A stretch of DNA of 60,141 nucleotides from a virus. Lineage: Duplodnaviria; Caudoviricetes. The stretch spans positions 1 through 60,141 of IMG/VR virus record IMGVR_UViG_3300043579_000337, one strand, 5' to 3'. A program made the position numbers and the translations under genes. Below the pieces are notes generated by a model, which was given only the letters and a program-made list of their open reading frames with translations, did not search any database and was not told the DNA's origin. Each line of letters begins with the position of its first letter. The stretch's first letter is position 1. This document shows, one piece after another, positions 44,514 through 54,103 of this stretch.

Positions 44514-45467
44514 TCATATTTTATCCAAATCAGCTTGCACCATCAACTTAACCAAATCATAAAACTTGGTTTTGGGTTCCCAACCCAACTGACGTTTTGC
44601 CTTCGACGCATCTCCAATCAACAAGTCCACTTCCGTCGGACGGTAAAGCCGTAGGTCTCCTTCCACGTATTTACGCCAGTCCAGATTCACACAACTAAAC
44701 GCCACGTTCAAAAACTCCTCAACGGTATGGGTTTCACCCGTCGCAATCACGTAATCGTCAGGCCGGTCTTGCTGCAACATCATCCACATAGCTTCGACAA
44801 ACTCCTTGGCGTAACCCCAGTCTCGCTTCGCCTTTAAGTTACCTAGATAGAGTTTATCTTGTTTACCCGACACAATCTGCGCTATCGCCCGGGTTATCTT
44901 ACGCGTCACAAAAGTTTCTCCGCGCCGCGGACTCTCGTGATTGAAAAGAATTCCGTTACTCGCGTGCAGACCGTAGCTTTCGCGATAATTAACCGTCGCC
45001 CAATATGAAAAAACTTTGGCGCAGCCGTAGGGACTGCGTGGATAAAACGGAGTAGTCTCACACTGCGGAACCGCCTGGACCTTGCCGAACATCTCGGACG
45101 AGGAAGCTTGGTAGTAGCGGGGCCGAACTTCCGACTCCCGAATAGCTTCCAGCAACCGGATGGTTCCGAGCGCGTCGACGTCCGCGGTATATTCTGGGCA
45201 GTCGAAACTCACGCGGACGTGCGATTGTGCCCCCAGATTATAAACTTCATCCGGACCAATTTTCGTCATCAACCGCGCCAACGAAGAACCGTCGCTTAGG
45301 TCGCCGTAGTGAATATGGAGTCGGTCGAAAATATGGTCGATGCGACCAGTATTGAACGAACTCGACCGACGGATGATACCGTGGACTTCGTAGCCCTTTT
45401 CCAAAAGCAGCTCGGAAAGATAGCTGCCGTCCTGACCCGTCACGCCAGTAATCAGCGCTTTTTTCAC
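44514..45467 (-). CDS. gmd: GDP-mannose 4,6-dehydratase
   Basis: [62 protein letters not shown]. Confidence 0.97.
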   Translation of the reverse strand: MKKALITGVTGQDGSYLSELLLEKGYEVHGIIRRSSSFNTGRIDHIFDRLHIHYGDLSDGSSLARLMTKIGPDEVYNLGAQSHVRVSFDCPEYTADVDALGTIRLLEAIRESEVRPRYYQASSSEMFGKVQAVPQCETTPFYPRSPYGCAKVFSYWATVNYRESYGLHASNGILFNHESPRRGETFVTRKITRAIAQIVSGKQDKLYLGNLKAKRDWGYAKEFVEAMWMMLQQDRPDDYVIATGETHTVEEFLNVAFSCVNLDWRKYVEGDLRLYRPTEVDLLIGDASKAKRQLGWEPKTKFYDLVKLMVQADLDKI

Positions 45468-46447
45468 TTCGTAATCCTCCTATCCCAACACTCGCGATAC
45501 GTCCGTTCCAAACCTAGCCGAATCGGAGTCATCGGCTCCCAATCCAGCATCGCGCGAGTCTGTGTATTATCGCTACATTTGTGTTTACGTCCCGTCGAAG
45601 CCGTCAGGTCGTAATACCGATTTAAGTGAACGCACGCGATGTCCTCCAGGGTCGTTATCAAATCATTTATCGACACGCATTCCGAATTCGCCAAATTAAG
45701 CGGACCGGAAACCCCCTTCCAGGCCATTTTTAAAGTCCCTTCAACACAGTCGTCGATGTATAAAAAGCTCCGAGTTTGCGACCCGTCGCCCCAGATATTG
45801 ATTTCATGCTGACCGGACAACTTCGCCTCGACCACCTTTCGACACAACGCCGCGATAGCGTGGTCCCGTTCTTCCTCTCGAACATCGCCCGGACCGTAAA
45901 GCCCATGATATCGTGCGATGCTGACAGGAACTCCATACTCTTCTTGAAACGCGAGGCACATCCGCTCGCTAAAAAGTTTCTCCCACCCATAGCCGTCAAT
46001 TGGACTGGCTGGATACGCATCCGATTCTTTCAACATCTGGATTCCATCAGGATAAACACACGATGATGACGAAAAAAAGTATCGAGACACCCCGTGCTTT
46101 TTTGCAGCAAGCAACAGGTTGGTGTTAATCACCGAACTGAGCATACACGAGGCTTTGTGCTTTTCGATGTAGTCTATTCCGCCGACTTTAGCGGCGAAAT
46201 TGAACACCCAATTGGCGCCTTCAAGCGCTCGCTCGCACGCTCGGGCATCCTGTAAGTCCACCTGAACATTCGATGCCCCCTCGGTAATGACGCTCCGCCG
46301 AGGCGATGATACTGCAGTAACGTCGTATCCCCTTTCCACCAAAAACTTCACTAGCGCGCGCCCCACGAATCCCCCCGCGCCACACACGACAATCCGGTCG
46401 GACGAGCCGTCTCTTTTTTCAAACGGCCGATTTAAATATCCATTCAT
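45464..46447 (-). CDS. GDP-mannose 3,5-epimerase-like extended SDR
   Basis: [58 protein letters not shown], matching the GME subfamily. Confidence 0.85.
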   Translation of the reverse strand: MNGYLNRPFEKRDGSSDRIVVCGAGGFVGRALVKFLVERGYDVTAVSSPRRSVITEGASNVQVDLQDARACERALEGANWVFNFAAKVGGIDYIEKHKASCMLSSVINTNLLLAAKKHGVSRYFFSSSSCVYPDGIQMLKESDAYPASPIDGYGWEKLFSERMCLAFQEEYGVPVSIARYHGLYGPGDVREEERDHAIAALCRKVVEAKLSGQHEINIWGDGSQTRSFLYIDDCVEGTLKMAWKGVSGPLNLANSECVSINDLITTLEDIACVHLNRYYDLTASTGRKHKCSDNTQTRAMLDWEPMTPIRLGLERTYRECWDRRITK

Positions 46448-47166
46448 AAATTTCTCAAATAAAATTTTCGGTCTTCCAGCAGCCGGTTTAACACCCGCTT
46501 GGATTTAACAGTATGGACGAAAACAGTGCCCGCGTAGCGAACCTTGCCGCTGAGCACCCCGAAGTGAAACTCATCGTTTTCCGTGGGAAAGCTGGTAGCA
46601 CCGTTAACAAAGTCTCGGTGCGTAACCAGCGCAAATGACGCAGCCTGGAGCAGCCAGTGGTCGATGACCGGAGTGACTGGGTCCGGCGTAATAAACGCAT
46701 CGACCGACAACAACCTCTTAATCGTCGCGCGCGAGAAAAACCATGGCGGGTGCAGCGCTATCCTGGGTAGCAGGTGCCCAGGCGCCCGCTCGTGCATAAG
46801 GTCCGGAATTTCGTTTGACCAGAGCACATCTGGCTCTTTGTAAAGATACGCCGGCAGTAAAGGGTCGAGACAGAGCGAATCCGCGTCGGCCGCAAAGAAG
46901 TATTGTTCAGGAAATTCCAGCATCATCTGCATGTGAATTTTCTGTCGCGCGATTCCATCTACTCCCACGTAACACTTCTTTCCGCCCGTTCGAAAGGTCA
47001 CATCGGCACCCTCCGGGAGTTCCAATGACTCAATCGGCGCGTCAGCCGGAGAAAACACCGTAACCGGGCACCCGTGGTGCAAATAATACGGGAGCAGGGT
47101 TTGCACCTGATGCGCATCGCCAGCATACGCGAAAACTACGACCCGAGTATTGGGGTTGCCTTTCAT
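46444..47166 (-). CDS. glycosyltransferase-like protein (GT-A, DxD)
   Basis: YFFAADADS, C-terminal FVHTVK; paralogue of 47163-47912. Confidence 0.65.
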   Translation of the reverse strand: MKGNPNTRVVVFAYAGDAHQVQTLLPYYLHHGCPVTVFSPADAPIESLELPEGADVTFRTGGKKCYVGVDGIARQKIHMQMMLEFPEQYFFAADADSLCLDPLLPAYLYKEPDVLWSNEIPDLMHERAPGHLLPRIALHPPWFFSRATIKRLLSVDAFITPDPVTPVIDHWLLQAASFALVTHRDFVNGATSFPTENDEFHFGVLSGKVRYAGTVFVHTVKSKRVLNRLLEDRKFYLRNL

Positions 47167-47912
47167 CTTCGACGGCTGCCCACACTCACGATTTTCTGAC
47201 CCGGTCGAATGCGACGGGACTGTTTCAAAAACGAAGCTCGGTCGCTGACCAACCAGTTAAGCACCCGTTTTTCTTTTATGGAGTGCACAAAAATTTTACC
47301 CTGTGTGCTCACGACACGGCGCATAACCGCGAGCCCCTCCGGGCTGTTCGTAGTGGGATAGCTAGCCCCATCTCGATAATCATTGTAAGGGCATCCCGAA
47401 GCAACCGCCCACGCCATCATTGCCCAGTCGATAAAGGGTGTCTGCATGTCAATCTTCACTCGACCCGCCACACTCAACAACCGCTCGATTACTCGCCGTG
47501 ACATAAAATACGGGGGCTGAAGGGCATACCGCGGCCAGGAATAACTCGACGGACGGGCGTGCATCATATCAGACACTTTATTACTCCAGAGCACCTCCGG
47601 CTCCGCATATACATAGTCCGGAATCTGAGGAGATAGGCAAACCGAATCGGAATCATTCGCCAAGAACCATTCAAAAGGATATTTCAGCATCGCTTCCATT
47701 TGCAGGCACTGCCGGCATAACGACTCCGGTCCGGTATAAGCTCGCTTTCCCGCAAACTGGCAAATATGCGGACCGACCTTTTTAATCGGCGAATCCACCG
47801 GCGAAAAAATTACAACCGAGCACTGGTGATGCTCGTAAAGCGGGAGCGCATTTCGCACCTGGTGTTCATCGCCGGCATACCCATGGACTGTGACCAACGT
47901 AGACGGATTCAT
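47163..47912 (-). CDS. glycosyltransferase-like protein (GT-A, DxD)
   Basis: WFLANDSDS, FVHSIK; shares YAGDxHQV...HHxCxVxxFSPxDxPI with its neighbour. Confidence 0.65.
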   Translation of the reverse strand: MNPSTLVTVHGYAGDEHQVRNALPLYEHHQCSVVIFSPVDSPIKKVGPHICQFAGKRAYTGPESLCRQCLQMEAMLKYPFEWFLANDSDSVCLSPQIPDYVYAEPEVLWSNKVSDMMHARPSSYSWPRYALQPPYFMSRRVIERLLSVAGRVKIDMQTPFIDWAMMAWAVASGCPYNDYRDGASYPTTNSPEGLAVMRRVVSTQGKIFVHSIKEKRVLNWLVSDRASFLKQSRRIRPGQKIVSVGSRRR

Positions 47913-48631
47913 AAAAGATTTTTACGGCTCAGCTCCAAAAGTGATTCATCTTTTACCCCATGAATCCACGAAACCCCCGCCGCTGAAAACGCATTCCAAT
48001 CTGACTGCGTAAACGTCGGGCATCGCCAAAGACTTTTCACGAACGGAAAATCCACCCACCCCCATTTTTTAAACGAGTCCGCGAGCGCCCAATCCCATCC
48101 CACTTTTCCGTCTTGAACCCCGACTGCGAGGAACTTCAAGAAGTTCATCTTGCCGGACAAAAGGCAGCAATCCCCATTGATATGGTCGCGCGCTAGGTTT
48201 GGGATAAGCGCCCCGGCAACAAAAATCTCCTTCGTTTTGTTTGCTGCGCCCCACGCGGCATTCATCTGCGATATCCAATCTTTACGGAGCGGAACGCTGT
48301 CGGCACCGAGAATCAAAACTGCCTTGTAGTGAGGAATTTTTTTACCCATTATTTTTCCATACACCCATTCGATTGCCCCAAAAAAGATAGACGTGCATCC
48401 AAGCGGCCAGCCGACTCCGCGGCGCGTGCTGGTATACGAATAGATGTTGAACTTACGCGAAACGTATTTTTCTGCTTCCACATCATGCTTACAATCAAAC
48501 CGGGAAACGAAAAGGACATCGGCAGACTTACAGTGCTCGGGTTCCAAGTCGGCCAGCAACCTCGCAAGCTGCATCGCCTGGGCACGGTCCTGCTGCCAAA
48601 ACAAAATCGTAATGAGAATCTTGTCGCTCAT
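47909..48631 (-). CDS. glycosyltransferase-like protein
   Basis: GWPLGC, LILGADSVPL..DWI, HING, WDW, WIHGVKD.S; degenerate DxD. Confidence 0.55.
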   Translation of the reverse strand: MSDKILITILFWQQDRAQAMQLARLLADLEPEHCKSADVLFVSRFDCKHDVEAEKYVSRKFNIYSYTSTRRGVGWPLGCTSIFFGAIEWVYGKIMGKKIPHYKAVLILGADSVPLRKDWISQMNAAWGAANKTKEIFVAGALIPNLARDHINGDCCLLSGKMNFLKFLAVGVQDGKVGWDWALADSFKKWGWVDFPFVKSLWRCPTFTQSDWNAFSAAGVSWIHGVKDESLLELSRKNLL

Positions 48632-48702
48632 GCCTCGTATCTACGTAGATACTGCTTGTCGAGCCCACAACACCTACACTTTTTGACTTCCGAGTTATTC
48701 AT
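48628..48702 (-). pseudogene. 24-aa remnant resembling a homing-endonuclease N-terminal Zn knuckle
   Basis: MNNSEVKKCRCCGLDKQYLRRYEA*; ATGA overlaps at both ends. Confidence 0.4.
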
Positions 48703-49568
48703 CCACGAGGCCCGTAAGTGTGATGCCCAATATGCCCGCAAACCGCGCCAAAATCCACATACGGCTGATGCCCGGATTCTGAAGCACGTATAGAAAACTG
48801 CACATCCTCTCCACAACCCAAGCACGATTGGCGTTTCGCATCTCGAAGCGCGCCATCCAGCATCTCATAAGCCTTCAACGATTTTTCTCCCGTCATCGGA
48901 CCTGTGGCCAAAAACTTATGAGTCCGATGAACGTGGTCGAGGAGATTGTGCTCCGAAGTTGAAAACCAGTGCCCGCCCATACCGTCCGGTCCGCGGCCAA
49001 GATGCGGATATTTTTTTTCAATATCTTCAAAGACCGTTCGGTGTATTAAAAGGCATCCTGTCGCCACCCAGCGAGTTGGTTTAATCGTATTGTGTGGAGC
49101 GTTGCGCGCATACTCAATTTCCGCTTTTCCTTCTCCATACATTGGCCAATTGTTAGTTTTGTTTCGACCAAAATAAAGTGCCCCGATTAAAGTTTTATTG
49201 TGTGACATGAGTCGGTCCAAAACATTAAAGCTACAGAACGGTTCTGGAACATCATATTCCATGTATGCGTTAAAAAATTTCGAATTACCAAACGGTAGCA
49301 ACATATCGTCATCCACCGTCAACATAAATTCCAAATCCGATTTCAAAAACAAATCGGCGCACGTATTTCTGGAATGCGCCACGAAGGCATCCCCATAATT
49401 TAACATCATGGACGTTCTTCGCTTATCCGCCAATTGCGCCACACAAAAGGCCGTCACAGGGTGCACATTTTTCATCCACGGGCACACCAACATCACCCTC
49501 TTTTTAAAGATGGCGACAGACGAAGGGGGCGTCACTGCGCCCCCCACAATTCCAATTTCTGGTTCCAT
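48699..49568 (-). CDS. GT2-like glycosyltransferase
   Basis: HSRN...FL...FMLTVDDDM, ATGCLLIHRTVFE, GEDVQFS.RA...G....D....GHIG. Confidence 0.8.
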   Translation of the reverse strand: MEPEIGIVGGAVTPPSSVAIFKKRVMLVCPWMKNVHPVTAFCVAQLADKRRTSMMLNYGDAFVAHSRNTCADLFLKSDLEFMLTVDDDMLLPFGNSKFFNAYMEYDVPEPFCSFNVLDRLMSHNKTLIGALYFGRNKTNNWPMYGEGKAEIEYARNAPHNTIKPTRWVATGCLLIHRTVFEDIEKKYPHLGRGPDGMGGHWFSTSEHNLLDHVHRTHKFLATGPMTGEKSLKAYEMLDGALRDAKRQSCLGCGEDVQFSIRASESGHQPYVDFGAVCGHIGHHTYGPRG

Positions 49569-50905
49569 TAAGCAGCCGCAGCTTTCGCGCGCTCTTCTAT
49601 CACCTGCTTGCGGATGTTATCCAAAGCATCGCCAGCCGGTGTGGTATAATCTTCCTTCTTTTTCGCCGGCACAGTCGGCGCGGTCGACGCGCCAGATTCT
49701 GGCAAACGACTCCGCGAAGACGCTTTGAGCCGAGTCACCAACGCATTCGCTTCATCGAGCTGTTTCTTCACCGTTGCCAACTCGCTGGCCTGCGCCGCGT
49801 TCAGTTTTTGATGCTGAAAAAGCTGCGCCATACCAACCAACATAATGGCGCGCATCTCCGGAGAATCATCCGAAAGCGCCTCGTCAAGTTGTTTCTTCGT
49901 AGTCGCCACGAACTCATTATGCTCCTTGACCGACTTTGTGGTCGCCTCGTCGGCACCGGCGGGAAGTGATTTTTGCGACAACCACGCCAGCCCAGGTAGC
50001 AGCTTATCAAGCTGGGTCTTCGTGGCGTTGAAGTGCGTAGCATGAGACTGTTTAAACGACTGCTCCCGCTCCTGGAGGTATTGACCAATGTTTTCCTTGG
50101 TCGACTTCAATGCCTGCTCCTTGTTAAACTTTTGCTGTTCAATGTCGGCAATTTTTGTTTCGACAAGTCGCTGAATCGTCGGGTCTTTAATAGCCTCGAA
50201 AATCTTGGTCATGTTGACGTTTTCCGGACCGCCGTATTTCTTAATCTGAGCGATAGTTTCATCCGTGACGGCCGGCGACTTCTTGAGCTGGGCGTAAATA
50301 AACTCCTGCGAGGATGTAACCGCCTTGTCGTATTCCTTGAACTTAGGGTCCAGGTCCACATCGAGCTTCGCGCGAAACTGACGAAGTTCTTCGAGTTCTT
50401 TGGTAACTTCCGCGGGCACCGGGTTCTTCGTCTTTTCGGTTAGCTCCGCATTCGCCTTCTCCAGCTCGGCGGCGCGCTGCTCCAGTTTCGAAATCTCCTG
50501 GGCGGCGCGAATCTTGACCGACGAAAATGCCTCCGACGATTTTGGGCTGGCGCCGGCTGGCAGCGTAGGCGAATCCTTGAAAAGCTCGGCGGCACGTTTC
50601 TCGGCCGCTTCATCTTTAGCGGGCGCCGCGGGGACCACGGGCGCCGCAGGCGTAGCCGGCGCCTCTCCCGGCGGAGTTCCCTCTACGGGAGCGGCTGGAG
50701 CTTCACCCTTGGGCTCTACCTTTGGCTCGGGTTCGGCACCCTCTTCCACCGGTTTCTGGGCCTCTTTCAAAAGGTTATCGAGCGCCGAAGAGGTATCGGC
50801 GTTTTCCACCGCAGCCGTAGAGTGTCCGGCGGCGTCCTGGGCGGCGACTTTAGCAGCGATTTCAGCGTTGTGTTCGGCGTTATTGAATTTTGGTTTGTCG
50901 GGCAT
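49568..50905 (-). CDS. capsid scaffolding protein
   Basis: Pro/Ala/Glu-rich N-terminus and long coiled coils; between portal and capsid. Confidence 0.75.
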   Translation of the reverse strand: MPDKPKFNNAEHNAEIAAKVAAQDAAGHSTAAVENADTSSALDNLLKEAQKPVEEGAEPEPKVEPKGEAPAAPVEGTPPGEAPATPAAPVVPAAPAKDEAAEKRAAELFKDSPTLPAGASPKSSEAFSSVKIRAAQEISKLEQRAAELEKANAELTEKTKNPVPAEVTKELEELRQFRAKLDVDLDPKFKEYDKAVTSSQEFIYAQLKKSPAVTDETIAQIKKYGGPENVNMTKIFEAIKDPTIQRLVETKIADIEQQKFNKEQALKSTKENIGQYLQEREQSFKQSHATHFNATKTQLDKLLPGLAWLSQKSLPAGADEATTKSVKEHNEFVATTKKQLDEALSDDSPEMRAIMLVGMAQLFQHQKLNAAQASELATVKKQLDEANALVTRLKASSRSRLPESGASTAPTVPAKKKEDYTTPAGDALDNIRKQVIEERAKAAAA

Positions 50906-50916
50906 ATGATTTTGGG

Positions 50917-51225
50917 TTAGGGTTGAATTTTCTGTCCATCGTTCCAGGCAGCATCATCTATCAGTGGAGGATAGTTAGACGCAGGGTCAGAAGGCGGCAA
51001 TGGAGTGTGGGCCGAGAGAGAAAGTAAATTTCGCGCAGCGTCCTGAAAACCACGAACCTCGCCAGAGCGAATCAAAATCTCGTTAATATCGCCCTTGGCC
51101 AAAAGCCCGGGCGTAGATTCTAACAGCTTGGGCAGAACCCGCTGACCAGTTTGCGTGCTCAGGAACGATGCCCAATTAGCGATGTCGTCAGAACTCCAGG
51201 GCAGTGATTCGGTGGTAATTTCCAT
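50917..51225 (-). CDS. small head-associated protein
   Basis: 102 aa, FL.T.TG...L...GEVRGF; usual slot after a podovirus portal. Confidence 0.65.
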   Translation of the reverse strand: MEITTESLPWSSDDIANWASFLSTQTGQRVLPKLLESTPGLLAKGDINEILIRSGEVRGFQDAARNLLSLSAHTPLPPSDPASNYPPLIDDAAWNDGQKIQP

Positions 51226-51245
51226 AGGTGAACATGGGATGATTT

Positions 51246-53282
51246 TTAGGGGGTTGGTTCGGCGGGCTGCTGTTGAAGCTGCATAGCCTGCTCGTCAAGC
51301 TGTTTCAGCTCAGCGAGCACCTTGCCGGTATTTTTGACGAGGTCCGCGACTTGCTGAAGTTGTTCTTTCGGGGCACCCTGCTCCAAAGCCCGTTGGTAGT
51401 GCTCAGTTATGTGCGCGAGGATGGCCTCCAGCGAAGCAGTCTCCGCCGCCCCTTGCATTATCGCCGAGGCGGTTTGCTCTGCAATCGGCATAATAACGCT
51501 CAAATGCACCTGATGGTTATCACGCGGACTGACCGGCACTGGCTGACCAGAACCAAGCACAATCAACTCCAGTTGCTGCAAACGTTGCTGTTCCACTTCA
51601 ACCGTGGGGTCATTATCCGGAATAAGAACACGCTTGACGAAATCCGCACCTACGCGAGCAGTTAAGTCTTCAACTTCCATCTGCCGCTGATTGTATAATG
51701 GGTTTCCACGCTTCTCAGCCACAACAGCCGCAATCATTTGTCGCTCTAGTGGGGTCAAATCCCGAATTGTGCCGGCGACGGGCTGTTCGGAGATTTCCTT
51801 AATCTCCGCATCAGTCATAAATTCCTTCAATTTCTTGCGAAATTCCTTAGCATCTTTATCATCAATCGCCGCGTCACACAAACGCCGCTGCATGGTGCCG
51901 ACCATATCAGTGAACTGCTCCAAAAATCGAGAAATTTTAGCATCCTTGCCCTCCTCTTCACGCTGCGCAACCAGATTCCAGGCAGTAGACGAGCGCATTG
52001 CCTCACCTTCAAGCTTCGGCGGCGACACGTTGCCAATAAGTTGGTCGACCAGCATCGAAAAATACGCATCGAGCTTCAAAAACGGTTCGATATTGCCATC
52101 AATTTTCTGCTCCAGCACAGTCCAACCCGTCGGAACAATAGCCGTTGCGCCGACAATCGACATTTTGAAGGTATGGATGCGCTTTATATCGCCCTGAATC
52201 AACGTTTTTCCCGAAAGAATAGACCGGTCAACGATTTCGTTCCTCGTCCGGTCTAGCATGCCCGCCAATTCGTAAATATCGCGACCCACTCCCTTGCTTC
52301 CGTGCATTTTTCCGTTGCCTTTTTGATACGCGAAAAACGCGAGGCACGATTCCATCGACTCGAACCGGTCTTCTTTAGCAAAAATCTCGTCCCGGCCGTC
52401 GCCGGCCAGCCGATAGTGCGAAACCTTGCCGTCGACTTCACGCGCAAGCAACGAATATACTGCAATCACGCTGGCACCGGACATATACGATGACCCGAGA
52501 GTCAAATCACGAATCGCGTTCTGATACCACGTCTCCAAATTGCTGGAGCTGCTAAGCTGGTCGCGAAGTTGCGCCGGCGACGCCTTATTTATAGCCTCGA
52601 TAGTTTTTTCGAGCTTCCAACCCACGTCTTTCGCTGCTTCCCGGTCCTTGATGTAAGCAAAAAGTTCGTGTGGAAGATACGTCTCCTTAATCACGACCAC
52701 TTGACTGGAATAAACCGATTGCGAAGTTCCGTCCGGAAGAAAACTTTCATCCTGGTGGAATGCTTTGGGAAACCAAGACAACTCGTCCAGCCACGCGACC
52801 ACAGAGTGACCAAACAGCGCGTTGTCGAAGGCAATATCTTCGATGAGCGGGCGCCAGCCCTTGCGCGCGCGAATGGTGTCCGTAACCAACTTCCGAAATT
52901 TCTCCGTTTTCTGAGTCGAGTTCTCCCATTTATCCGAAAGCGAGGAGTTCGTAAGATACTTCAACCCGTTAATCGCCTCAGTGAATCGCGGCGCGACCTT
53001 CTCTATCATCGAAGGCAGCGGCTTGGTAGTAAAATTCTGTCGCCACCCAAGTCCCTCAGCTTCGAGTTTGTAGGAATCGTATGGCCGCTCCGCGTTATAC
53101 TTAGCCAAAATCCGCCCGTTGACGATTTGCCGATTGCGATTCGCCCCAATAAGAGTGTCGACGATTTCCTTCGCCATCGCAGTATCTTTGACACTGTGCT
53201 GCGTCGGCTTGCCTTCCGAATTGATTTTTGGGCTTTGAATCAGCCCATCGTGGGGAACAGTTGAATCAGAATCAAATGGCAT
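51246..53282 (-). CDS. portal protein
   Basis: 678 aa; downstream of TerL; HGSKGVG, DNHQVH and Gln-rich helical tail as in P22-like portals. Confidence 0.85.
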   Translation of the reverse strand: MPFDSDSTVPHDGLIQSPKINSEGKPTQHSVKDTAMAKEIVDTLIGANRNRQIVNGRILAKYNAERPYDSYKLEAEGLGWRQNFTTKPLPSMIEKVAPRFTEAINGLKYLTNSSLSDKWENSTQKTEKFRKLVTDTIRARKGWRPLIEDIAFDNALFGHSVVAWLDELSWFPKAFHQDESFLPDGTSQSVYSSQVVVIKETYLPHELFAYIKDREAAKDVGWKLEKTIEAINKASPAQLRDQLSSSSNLETWYQNAIRDLTLGSSYMSGASVIAVYSLLAREVDGKVSHYRLAGDGRDEIFAKEDRFESMESCLAFFAYQKGNGKMHGSKGVGRDIYELAGMLDRTRNEIVDRSILSGKTLIQGDIKRIHTFKMSIVGATAIVPTGWTVLEQKIDGNIEPFLKLDAYFSMLVDQLIGNVSPPKLEGEAMRSSTAWNLVAQREEEGKDAKISRFLEQFTDMVGTMQRRLCDAAIDDKDAKEFRKKLKEFMTDAEIKEISEQPVAGTIRDLTPLERQMIAAVVAEKRGNPLYNQRQMEVEDLTARVGADFVKRVLIPDNDPTVEVEQQRLQQLELIVLGSGQPVPVSPRDNHQVHLSVIMPIAEQTASAIMQGAAETASLEAILAHITEHYQRALEQGAPKEQLQQVADLVKNTGKVLAELKQLDEQAMQLQQQPAEPTP

Positions 53283-53288
53283 ACTACC

Positions 53289-53543
53289 TTAAACAGTGCT
53301 CTTTCGAACCCAGACCCGTGACCAGAATCGCTTAGGACACTGTTCGGTGTTAATCCGGGTTTTCGCCTCAAGCAAGCAGGAACAAATCCCACACTGCTCG
53401 CCGTCTCGAAAAGGGCACGGGTCGCAAATCGCCTGCCGATGCTCCACGATTTCTTCCTCAGCCAGCACCTGATACCCGGCCAGCCGCGCGTAGCCAGCGA
53501 TGATAGCCGCAATTGCCAATCGAAAAGGGTTCGGGAATTTCAT
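53289..53543 (-). CDS. Cys-rich small protein (DUF6171-like)
   Basis: R.AIC..CP....QC.IC.C.LEAK.....CP...W. Confidence 0.7.
   Translation of the reverse strand: MKFPNPFRLAIAAIIAGYARLAGYQVLAEEEIVEHRQAICDPCPFRDGEQCGICSCLLEAKTRINTEQCPKRFWSRVWVRKSTV
53291..53299 (-). promoter_or_regulatory. late-gene box GCACTGTTT
   Basis: GCACTG ends 11 nt before the portal ATG. Confidence 0.7.
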
Positions 53544-54103
53544 TTCCGCTTCCTCCAGCAATGGTCCGGAACGTTGTCGAGCTGCGGCTCGTCGAGCCAC
53601 GTGGCCGTCGGAAGGTCGGTGCCCAGTATTGCGCACGCGTGTATCCGGCCATCCTGGCCGCGGTCGCCAAGCACCTCGCGCCGCATCTCTCGGACAATCT
53701 TTTTACAAGACGAGCACCCGCCTGGAAGCTCCGTATTTTGGGGGCACGTCGCGCAAATATTCGCGCGCGCGGTCATGACACCGCCGTCAGTGAAAAGTAT
53801 GTGGCCGACCTTTTTCTTTTTGCGCAGCTCGGCGAACCAAGCCAGCACAATCCCTTTTAAACTCGCACGTTTTGTTTGCATCCGGGTCACCGGGTCGTCG
53901 TTATAACATACAGAAGAATCTCGCGCGCAAGCCTGAGCAGTAATCTCTCCCTCCGGGTCGCCTTTCGGTTTGCCATTAAGCACACGATAGCGAATGACTT
54001 TTTTAATAAGAGCAGCCCACGACGTAGCCTGATGCGGGCTGCCATCAGTCTCTTTGAAAAAATATCCATTTTTCGGCGCGATATTTAGCCGTAGCCTAAG
54101 CAT
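53540..54103 (-). CDS. Cys-rich protein
   Basis: RANICATCPQN...CSSC...CAILG...HCWR; related to its downstream neighbour. Confidence 0.7.
   Translation of the reverse strand: MLRLRLNIAPKNGYFFKETDGSPHQATSWAALIKKVIRYRVLNGKPKGDPEGEITAQACARDSSVCYNDDPVTRMQTKRASLKGIVLAWFAELRKKKKVGHILFTDGGVMTARANICATCPQNTELPGGCSSCKKIVREMRREVLGDRGQDGRIHACAILGTDLPTATWLDEPQLDNVPDHCWRKRK

Noticed and set aside
44514-49568. DNA hypermodification role for the glycosyltransferases
   Set aside because: No hydroxymethylase or TET/JBP gene seen, late head-operon location and apparent restriction-site avoidance; disfavoured, not excluded.
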